Source: a virus (taxonomy: Duplodnaviria > Caudoviricetes). Taken from it: a stretch of DNA of 53,846 bases. The translations under genes and the position numbers were made by a program. A model generated the notes under the pieces. It did not search any database. It had not been told where the DNA came from and saw only the letters and a program-made list of their open reading frames with translations. This document shows, piece after piece, positions 8,279 to 14,932 of this stretch; the stretch's first letter is position 1; each line of letters opens with the position of its first letter. Where the stretch lies: positions 1-53,846 of the IMG/VR virus record IMGVR_UViG_3300025112_000016. The stretch is one strand, 5' to 3'.

Positions 8279-9199
8279 ATGACAAAAACTCAAGACACAT
8301 CGACTGATGTATCTTTCACCGTTACCTTAGACGAAGAAGGTGCCACGGTGCAGCCAGAAAATTGGGAACCAAGCGAACATCGTTTGTCTCCCTCTAAGAT
8401 AAATCTCTTCTTGCGATGCCCTCGAGCATTCTATTACAGGTATTTAGAAAAACTACCGGATAAACTAACCCTCCACTTATTCAGAGGTACCATTGTTCAT
8501 AATATTCTGGATGAGATATTTACGAAAGAATTCAAAACACCCCATAAATGGCGTAATGGTGAACCCCAAGAATGGGCCATCTTAGAATTTCGTAAAAAAT
8601 GGAAGGAACTCCACGACACGAAGGAATGGCTTTTCAAAAACCCCCAAATAGATGGCGATGTAATGGAACGCGAGACCATAGATTTGTTAGCCAACTTCTG
8701 TCATAAGATAGAAAGGAAGTTAAATGAATTGATGGACTGGGGCGTAGCAAAATCTCCATATCAAGCCTTATATCAATTAAAGCCGCGGTTTGCAGAACAA
8801 CGAATCCACAATAAAGAATTCAAACTGGTGGGTATCATCGATAGTGTGATACAAGATTTCGAAAAGAACATCTCAATCGTCGATTACAAGACCAGTAAAC
8901 GATATGGGCACTGGGTACCAGAAGATTACTACCGGCAATTGATTATATACGCACTCCTTTATTACAAGGATACGGGGGTAATGCCAATGTTCGCAGGTAT
9001 CGACTGGTTAAGATATGACGAATCATATTTTGTTCGCATAACGCAATCTGAAATCGATGAAGCGCAAGATTTGATACGTGGCATCCACGATGACCTTGGA
9101 AGACGCGGCAGCGATATCGAGAACTACGAACTAGTTCCACAGAAACTTTGTGAATGGTGTGCTTTCTATAAGAAACCGTGCGAACCGGGACCAACTTGA
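8279..9199 (+). CDS. Cas4/RecB-like PD-(D/E)XK exonuclease with Fe-S ligands
   Basis: LSPSKI..CPR, GTIVH, GIID, IVDYKT, QLIIY and C-terminal CEWC....C. Confidence 0.9.
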   Translation: MTKTQDTSTDVSFTVTLDEEGATVQPENWEPSEHRLSPSKINLFLRCPRAFYYRYLEKLPDKLTLHLFRGTIVHNILDEIFTKEFKTPHKWRNGEPQEWAILEFRKKWKELHDTKEWLFKNPQIDGDVMERETIDLLANFCHKIERKLNELMDWGVAKSPYQALYQLKPRFAEQRIHNKEFKLVGIIDSVIQDFEKNISIVDYKTSKRYGHWVPEDYYRQLIIYALLYYKDTGVMPMFAGIDWLRYDESYFVRITQSEIDEAQDLIRGIHDDLGRRGSDIENYELVPQKLCEWCAFYKKPCEPGPT

Positions 9200-9321
9200 G
9201 AGGAAAAAGATTAGTATGTTTATTCTGTGGCAAGGAATACATTCACTCATTGACCTTCAAAATGTTCGTGTGTGACGACTGTTATGAAAGTAACGCATTA
9301 AAGAAAGGCGGTAACCTTTAA
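9196..9321 (+). CDS. 41-aa Zn-finger microprotein
   Basis: TTG start overlapping the upstream stop. CLFC...CDDC. Confidence 0.5.
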   Translation: MRGKRLVCLFCGKEYIHSLTFKMFVCDDCYESNALKKGGNL

Positions 9322-9325
9322 ATAC
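9311..9325 (+). promoter_or_regulatory. Archaeal TATA promoter followed by a structured leader
   Basis: GTAACCTTTAAATAC, then stem GTGGGTT(9348)/AACCCAC(9409) and SD GAGGT. Confidence 0.55.
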
Positions 9326-9424
9326 AATCAGAACATAGAACATTACTGTGGGTTGCCACGCTATTGGTTAAAAATAGAAAATTGACAACTACAATATTAG
9401 GGAACCCACGCCAAGAGGTATAAT

Positions 9425-9856
9425 ATGACAAACAATACAACGGCAAACGCAACTACAAACGCAACAACGACAAGTAGCGAAACGAACTTACTTGAAGGAC
9501 TAATAGACCAATTAACGGCGGCACCGGAGCTTCTAGCTGTAGCCGCAGTAGTAGCTGGCGCTGGGGCATATGCTTATCTTCGTGTACCACAGTTCAGCTT
9601 TATAGTCAATAAATACGTTCCCTTCCTACTTGCAAGATACGAATCCGAAATAGACGACCTTATAGAAAAGAATCTGACAGTAATTCAGAAGAAGGCGTAC
9701 ACTAAACTGGACTCGAAGTTGCAACAGACGATGCGGGACAGTGTTCTTCGAGAAGTCATTATGTCCAACTACGACCACTATGACGACGAGTTCGCGAAGA
9801 CTGTAAAAGCAGAAATCCGTGGCGCTCTATCGTCTGCACGTGGCGAAAGTAAGTAA
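9425..9856 (+). CDS. Single-pass membrane protein with a sequon-rich N-terminus
   Basis: MTNNTTANATTNATTTSS has four NxT sequons, followed by TM LLAVAAVVAGAGAYAYL. Confidence 0.75.
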   Translation: MTNNTTANATTNATTTSSETNLLEGLIDQLTAAPELLAVAAVVAGAGAYAYLRVPQFSFIVNKYVPFLLARYESEIDDLIEKNLTVIQKKAYTKLDSKLQQTMRDSVLREVIMSNYDHYDDEFAKTVKAEIRGALSSARGESK

Positions 9857-10145
9857 ACCGCAGTACTACAATGCCCAATGGCATAACTGTATGAAATGCC
9901 GAACCCATTATATGAGCGAACAGCCTCACCTCAGGGCATACCTCTGTGATGATTGCTGGAAAAAGATGCCTCATTACCGTCCCCACCCTAAGACAATTAT
10001 AAGAGAACAACAAAAACCGTCAAAGGGTCCTACCTACCATATTCCTCATATTTTAAGTCAGATATCATTAAAGGAGGCCCTCCTCTATATCATAGGCAAC
10101 GGATTGTGCTTACTAATACTATCCTACTATCTGTGGTTCAAGTAA
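9819..10145 (+). CDS. Zn-finger protein with a C-terminal TM (start uncertain)
   Basis: CMKC...CDDC and a hydrophobic C-terminus. Confidence 0.45.
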   Translation: MALYRLHVAKVSKPQYYNAQWHNCMKCRTHYMSEQPHLRAYLCDDCWKKMPHYRPHPKTIIREQQKPSKGPTYHIPHILSQISLKEALLYIIGNGLCLLILSYYLWFK

Positions 10146-10249
10146 TGTCCTCCCTCCTTCCCTCCCGTTGTCCCCTTTGCGACGGCCGGGCCATAGTTAT
10201 CAACGAAAAAGGCCACTGGCGTTGTTGTAAGTGCAACCCTGTGAAATAA
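10145..10249 (+). CDS. 34-aa Zn-ribbon microprotein
   Basis: MSSLLPSRCPLCDGRAIVINEKGHWRCCKCNPVK, with TAATG coupling. Confidence 0.5.
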   Translation: MSSLLPSRCPLCDGRAIVINEKGHWRCCKCNPVK

Positions 10250-10407
10250 ACATATTTTTAAAAAACGGGTATATTTTCTTTTTTCACACTCGTGCCCAAT
10301 TTTTATAAAAGGCCTAATTCAAAATTTCTCCGATTTGTTTAAACCCCTGGGGGGAATCGGGTCACCTTCTAGCCTTATCTTTAGAGGGGGCCGTGACTAA
10401 ATGGCCT

Positions 10408-10423
10408 GAATTTCTTTATATAC
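10408..10423 (+). promoter_or_regulatory. Archaeal TATA promoter of the GC-rich RNA unit
   Basis: GAATTTCTTTATATAC. The predicted start near 10441-10446 coincides with the first helix. Confidence 0.6.
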
Positions 10424-10440
10424 CCCCGTGGCCCTGTATA

Positions 10441-10810
10441 CTTGCCTTGGACGTAGTCGCACATTGTCCCCCTATTAGTCAATAGGTTCCAAGTTAGGGC
10501 ACTAAAGTAGATAACTACCTCTGCCCCCGCAAGGGGTAAGAAGGAGGCAAGGTTGAAATAGATGGCAGGACAAGTGGTTGAGTATCACTTACCCACGGTT
10601 GGATGACCCAAAAATAAGATACCTCTCTGAAGAGTGACTTCTCCGAAGAGGGCGTGACAGTGCAGACCGAAGACTAGAGTAGCACTGAATAAGGATTAAT
10701 GTAAGAAATGCAATGTCCCCGAACAAAACTTCTGTGGTATCTTGTGACGAGTCTGTGGAGGAAGGTTGTGTAATGGCAACGACTCCGCTTACTACCCTGA
10801 GATGGGAAAG
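10441..10810 (+). ncRNA. Putative large structured RNA / 5' leader
   Basis: Helices CTTGCCTT(10441)/GAGGCAAG(10544), CCTATT/AATAGG, CCCC-GCAA-GGGG, AAGTGGT/ATCACTT, AAGATACC(10616)/GGTATCTT(10736), CAGTGC/GCACTG and GTGGAG/CTCCGC. No credible ORF. Confidence 0.6.
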
Positions 10811-10815
10811 AAGGA

Positions 10816-11199
10816 ATGACTGTGGCCCCAAACTATAGTTATGCCCGAATGCCCTACGACGGATTCGACCGAGTCCTCCAGGCGTCTGGATTTATGGGAC
10901 GTCCGCACGGAGCTCGAGTCGCTATGGGTCTGTCTTTTGTATCTCTGTCCAAGACAGAGGAACACAAGGCTTTCTTCGTAGCACTCGGTGCAGAAATGCG
11001 GAAGTTCCTGAAGTCCGGTATGTCGGTGGGACAGAAGGCCGGAGTCGTGGTCGCCAAGTCCGATGAGTCGGAACGAATGGCGTTCATCGAAGCAGTCCCT
11101 GAGGATGATTTGATGGCGCTAGCCGGAATGATTTCAGAACGATTGGGCCTCACGGCACCAGCTGAGTCGAAACCGTCTAAGGCAAAGGGCAAGAAGTAG
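10816..11199 (+). CDS. Hypothetical protein with a basic tail
   Basis: 127-aa ORF with protein-like composition and a purine-rich RBS. Confidence 0.7.
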   Translation: MTVAPNYSYARMPYDGFDRVLQASGFMGRPHGARVAMGLSFVSLSKTEEHKAFFVALGAEMRKFLKSGMSVGQKAGVVVAKSDESERMAFIEAVPEDDLMALAGMISERLGLTAPAESKPSKAKGKK

Positions 11200-11392
11200 A
11201 GTCCTTCGGGACTCGAAACTCGCCTGACCTGTCTGAGTTACCCACCTTGGTGGGAACTGTCGACGACCTAAGAACCAAAGTAACCCGGAATTATGGCGAC
11301 TCCTCAGGGGGTTCCTATGAATCCGATAAGGAAGGTATACGTGGCGCCGACTAATTGTGCCAACGGGGGCCTGGCCTGATTTGGCCCCCCAC
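11199..11392 (+). ncRNA. Structured intergenic RNA
   Basis: GAGTCC-TTCG-GGACTC (UUCG tetraloop), CCCACC/GGTGGG and GGGGGCC/GGCCCCC hairpins. Confidence 0.5.
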
Positions 11393-11403
11393 AGGATTTA
11401 ACT

Positions 11404-11694
11404 ATGACTACATACGAAGTAACAGAGAGGGTTGTAAATGCAGCCCGTGGTGAATTTCTCACTCTAGCTACAATGGAGAGGGACGAGTTCGGTGGATGGC
11501 ACCGAGCCCCTACTACCCACTACTTGCGAGAGGGAGACTGCGTGTTCCAGTGCAGAATTTTCGGAAGAAATGTTCTCACTGAAAAGGCCTCATCAGAGAT
11601 GTGTGACATCTTCGACAGAGTGCCAATGAAAACTCACTCCGAGTTAGCCGCCGAAACAAAGGCGATGACTTACAGGAACGGTCGACCAGAATAA
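11404..11694 (+). CDS. Hypothetical protein
   Basis: 96-aa ORF with AGGA upstream. Confidence 0.6.
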   Translation: MTTYEVTERVVNAARGEFLTLATMERDEFGGWHRAPTTHYLREGDCVFQCRIFGRNVLTEKASSEMCDIFDRVPMKTHSELAAETKAMTYRNGRPE

Positions 11695-11850
11695 GACTGA
11701 ACGAGTGATTTATACAGATACCACAGAGGAATGACGATTAATAACAGACGAAGGCCCCCAGGGGAGGCAGACCTGACCAGACACGAAAAGCGAACCGGGG
11801 GAATACCAGCGAGGCAAAAAAGGTAAGTCCTCGCAGGAGGGAAAAATGCA

Positions 11851-11879
11851 GACCTGAGCAAGTCTACCCAAACTGCTCA
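11851..11879 (+). ncRNA. Compact H-type pseudoknot
   Basis: GAC-CTGAGCAA-GTC-TACCCAAAC-TGCTCA: GAC/GTC stem whose loop TGAGCA pairs with TGCTCA. Confidence 0.55.
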
Positions 11880-11892
11880 CTTTACGCTTCTC

Positions 11893-12366
11893 CGTCTCTA
11901 GAGACGATGAGTTAATGCCGACGGCCCAGTGAAGGGCCCAAGGATAGGCAGGAGAAGATTACGATTCTCGAAGAACCGAGGTGACCAAGAACGTACGGAA
12001 GCCACCCTCGACGATGTCCTGTGTGAGGACTCACACCGCGAGGAAAAGGCACGGCAACGAAGTTGGCATCGGTGAAGAGATAGACCAGGATGGGCACGAA
12101 GTAACAAGAACATCTGGTCGAGATAAGACCACCGAAGAGACCTCTCTCAAGGAGTCCTAGGAATCCGATACAGAGAGGTGTGGCACTTAGACTTCATCGG
12201 ACTGCGATGAATACTGCTTGAGGTCCCGCAGCTCGAGTCGCTGTCAGACCCGGACTTAGTGCGGACAATCCCAGCGATGCGCGGCCTCGAAACCGTTCCT
12301 TGAGCAAGGACAAAGAAGTGCTGGGGCTGACCTAGCATAAGACCTCCTGCCCTAACCCGGCAGGGG
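11893..12366 (+). ncRNA. Putative large multi-domain structured ncRNA
   Basis: Nested helices ATGCCGAC(11915)/GTTGGCAT(12062), TCGGTG/CACCGA, GACCAG/CTGGTC, ACCTCTCT/AGAGAGGT, GGCACTT(12182)/AAGTGCT(12316), TTCATCG/CGATGAA, TCGCTG/CAGCGA and TCCTT/AAGGA. No credible ORF. Confidence 0.65.
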
Positions 12367-12422
12367 GCACCTGAGGATTAACACTGATACTGAATCAAAG
12401 GCTACGGAGCGCCCTTCTGCGC

Positions 12423-12446
12423 CCGGGGGCCACCCTGGACTTTTTT
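12423..12446 (+). terminator. GC hairpin plus T6 terminator
   Basis: CCGGGG..CCCTGG then TTTTTT, at the end of the GC-rich unit. Confidence 0.5.
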
Positions 12447-12449
12447 GAA

Positions 12450-12742
12450 GTGCTGCAGCAGACGACCCGAGCATATGAGAAAATGCTCGAGCGCTTGCGC
12501 TACAGCGGTCCGCTGGAGAGAGAAAACGCTGTGCTGCAGCAGACTACCGCAGCATAAAAAAAAAGAGCTATAGCAAAGCGCTGCAGCGGTCTACGCCAGC
12601 GAGAGAAAAGAGCTCCAGCGCTATGCTGCAGCGGTCTGCCACAGCGAGAAAACTCGGCTCGAGCAAAGTGCTGCAGCGGTTCGCCGCAGTGAGAAAGAAG
12701 CGCTCGAGCAAAGCGCTGCAGCGGTTCGCTGGTGTGAGAAAA
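12450..12742. repeat. Degenerate ~45-bp tandem repeats with a GCTGCAGC core
   Basis: GCTGCAGC at 12452, 12533, 12580, 12625, 12670 and 12715, with a variant at 12499. Each unit is followed by GAGAAAA-like and GCTCGAGC-like blocks. Confidence 0.85.
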
Positions 12743-12751
12743 GCTTGCTGT

Positions 12752-12888
12752 AAGCTGATGCTTGCTGTAAGCTGACGCTCGATGCTCACGAGCTGACGCT
12801 GGGGCTGTCACAAGCTGACGCTGGAAAATTGGAAGCTCACGCTGGGGCTGTCAAAGCTCACGCTGGAAGCTCTCAAGCTCACGCTGGA
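12752..12888. repeat. 21-bp-phased iteron-like repeats AGCT(G/C)ACGCT(GG)
   Basis: Copies at 12770, 12791, 12813, 12834, 12855 and 12876. Confidence 0.85.
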
Positions 12889-12952
12889 TGAACCTAAACT
12901 TGCTGGTTCTAGTTTGCTGAACTGGTTTGGTGTGTGTGCTCGAAGAAAGAGC

Positions 12953-13026
12953 TATATTATTTCACATACTGCTGGTATATTATAATACGCTAAGTAATAG
13001 TATATGCTTAGTATATAGCATATGCT
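12953..13026. repeat. AT-rich palindromic element, copy 2
   Basis: Homologous to 8166-8234. Lies inside an AT-rich stretch that extends to about 13120. Confidence 0.7.
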
Positions 13027-13164
13027 ATAGTAAGAAGATACCCTAAGCATTGTTATGTATATAAGCACTTACTAAGCGCAGCTATAATATAGATATTAAT
13101 ATGCTTTACTTAACATATCTAAGCAGTGCCGCAATTTTTGTAGCAGTCTACCGTGTCAGTTGCT

Positions 13165-13250
13165 AATGCTTCCAGCTGGCATACCTTTATATACTCTGCT
13201 ATCCCTAAAAAATTACCCTCCAGCAAAAAAAATACAAATGCTGGATTGAA
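13165..13250 (+). promoter_or_regulatory. Duplicated promoter plus leader hairpin, copy 1
   Basis: AATGCTTCCAGCT...ACCTTTATATACTCTGCTA.CCCTAAAAA then TCCAGCA/TGCTGGA. Near-identical to 14836-14920. Confidence 0.75.
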
Positions 13251-13254
13251 ACAA

Positions 13255-13623
13255 ATGAGCGAAAAAACAATAGAGCTGGAAGACATCCAGAAGTTGCTGC
13301 AGTGGCAACAAAAGCTGGAAGGCAAGACACCAGTGCTCGGTCTAACCGACAATGATAGCCTTCTACAAGAAGCGCTGCAGGAACTGTCAGCATATTGGTT
13401 CCGTGAAGAGCAGGCGACTCACCCTGCTGCCGTTGAATTATTTACCCGGCAGTTATTTGATTCGCTGCGAACTATGGACCCAGCAAACAGGAACAACGTG
13501 CTTAACCGCATCCGCTTGGAAGGTGGTTATCAGAGCACAGGGACTGGTGGAATTATCGGAGCCAACCGCTACCATTCAGATAGAAGTAAAGCAGATGGCA
13601 GTTTGATACGCAGGAGAAGATAA
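13255..13623 (+). CDS. Hypothetical early protein (start MSEKTI)
   Basis: Start placed after the promoter/leader. Helical protein. Confidence 0.7.
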   Translation: MSEKTIELEDIQKLLQWQQKLEGKTPVLGLTDNDSLLQEALQELSAYWFREEQATHPAAVELFTRQLFDSLRTMDPANRNNVLNRIRLEGGYQSTGTGGIIGANRYHSDRSKADGSLIRRRR

Positions 13624-13788
13624 ATGCGCTGTGTAGATGAAAGCATATGTAAAAGAAGTGATAGGTATGGACACTGCTCGAAATGCGACAAGCCAATCCT
13701 GGTAGAAGAGCTATATGAATGCCAGCACTGTCGATGTGTGATATCGCTCGGTAAAGAGTGTATTAATTGCTATGGAGATGAAATATGA
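13624..13788 (+). CDS. 54-aa Cys-rich microprotein
   Basis: MRCVDESICKRSDRYGHCSKCDKPILVEELYECQHCRCVISLGKECINCYGDEI. Confidence 0.5.
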   Translation: MRCVDESICKRSDRYGHCSKCDKPILVEELYECQHCRCVISLGKECINCYGDEI

Positions 13789-13922
13789 AGCAAGAAAAGA
13801 AATGTAAGTTGCTGTGTGGCAAACCAGCATTAAAATGTTGGCAAGCTGCTGATATGTGTAAAGAGTGCTATAAAGTCCATCAAAGAGCAATGGATAATGT
13901 AATGAGCACAGGACACTTCTAA
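13785..13922 (+). CDS. 45-aa Zn-finger microprotein
   Basis: MKQEKKCKLLCGKPALKCWQAADMCKECYKVH..., with ATGA overlap. Confidence 0.5.
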   Translation: MKQEKKCKLLCGKPALKCWQAADMCKECYKVHQRAMDNVMSTGHF

Positions 13923-14032
13923 TGAGCTGGATAGAATTTATAAGATGGCAATGCTTAAATCAAATTGCTATAATGAAAAGGATGAAATAGCAATCATCAC
14001 AAAAATGCTAAAAATGAAAGGAGGCAAAGCAA

Positions 14033-14239
14033 ATGGACAACAAAGAGCTAGATTTGACACACAATGACAGCACACCTAATTTCCCCGCTATAAAAGATGC
14101 GTTGATAGCAATTCATTCAGATGGAGAGCAATTCGACTGTGGACTAGCGTGGCAAGGAGGCTGTGGAGCAGCAATGCATTCACCTGCTAATATGAAAGTG
14201 CTCAATGAAATCATCGAAGTGCTAGAAGGCTACTATTAA
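14033..14239 (+). CDS. Hypothetical protein
   Basis: 68-aa ORF with a GGAGG SD. Confidence 0.65.
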   Translation: MDNKELDLTHNDSTPNFPAIKDALIAIHSDGEQFDCGLAWQGGCGAAMHSPANMKVLNEIIEVLEGYY

Positions 14240-14306
14240 TGAAGCAATGGCACAACCTGAAAGCATATGTAAAAGAAGTGCTAGGTATGGATTTTTGGAA
14301 ACAGCA

Positions 14307-14423
14307 ATGATTAGAATACACTGCTCGAAATGCGACAAGCCAATCCTGGTAAAAAAGCTAAAAAAAGAACAGCTTTGTTACTACTGCTGGGATTCAGGGT
14401 CACGAGGTATTTACAGCAAATGA
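14307..14423 (+). CDS. 38-aa Zn-finger microprotein
   Basis: MIRIHCSKCDKPILVKKLKKEQLCYYCWDSGSRGIYSK. Confidence 0.5.
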   Translation: MIRIHCSKCDKPILVKKLKKEQLCYYCWDSGSRGIYSK

Positions 14424-14558
14424 TAAAAAACAGTGGAAAGGAATGGAGTGAGCGTCTCACCAATACAAATGCTCGTTTGTTTCGGGCTCGCTCTATTCCC
14501 CACAAATGCTCGGAGCAACCGAGTCTTTTTATACTTACAGCCCTTTATGGAGTCAACA

Positions 14559-14825
14559 ATGCTAATATGTGAAGAATGCAGCGATTTGCCCAACCATCCA
14601 CGTCCATTGAAACCTGTGTTTCAATATCAAACGCTGGCTATTGGGGAAGGTCGCTGGACTATGGTAACTGATAGAGCAATTAATGGTAGCATTCATTGTG
14701 CTACGTGTGGATTAGTATATGCTGATTCAAGTGATAAGAAGCTAACGGATAGAATGTTAAAGCTGTTGACCGATGCAAATGCTGATACTCTCGAAAGTGC
14801 TGCAGTGGAGGACGAAGATGCTTAA
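14559..14825 (+). CDS. Zn-ribbon protein with an acidic tail
   Basis: MLICEEC...HCATCG. GGAG SD precedes the chosen start. Confidence 0.6.
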   Translation: MLICEECSDLPNHPRPLKPVFQYQTLAIGEGRWTMVTDRAINGSIHCATCGLVYADSSDKKLTDRMLKLLTDANADTLESAAVEDEDA

Positions 14826-14835
14826 GCTGAGAACA

Positions 14836-14920
14836 AATGCTTCCAGCTTGCCAACCTTTATATACTCTGCTACCCCTAAAAATTTACTTCTCAGCGGATA
14901 TTTTACAACCGCTGGATTCA
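14836..14920 (+). promoter_or_regulatory. Duplicated promoter plus leader hairpin, copy 2
   Basis: TTTATATA at 14857 and hairpin CAGCGG/CCGCTG. Homologous to 13165-13250. Confidence 0.75.
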
Positions 14921-14932
14921 ACCAAAATAGCA

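Noticed and set aside
11195-11225. Hammerhead ribozyme (GAGTCC-TTCG-GGACTC-GAAAC)
   Set aside because: A stem II and GAAAC look-alike is present, but there is no CUGANGA core upstream. The CTGAAGAG at 10627 lacks GAAA and stems.
11670-12811. Minus-strand ORFs across the GC-rich and repeat region
   Set aside because: Low-complexity R/S/A/L translations without RBS, explained by high GC and repeats.
12450-12888. Mini-CRISPR array (given the Cas4-like gene)
   Set aside because: Units are similar along their whole length, with no unique spacers of 30-40 nt, and periods of 21 and 45 bp do not fit.
14837-14932. ORF-track N-terminal extensions (also 13153-13254 and 6758-6793)
   Set aside because: They run through TATA boxes and leader hairpins. 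Downstream ATGs fit better.
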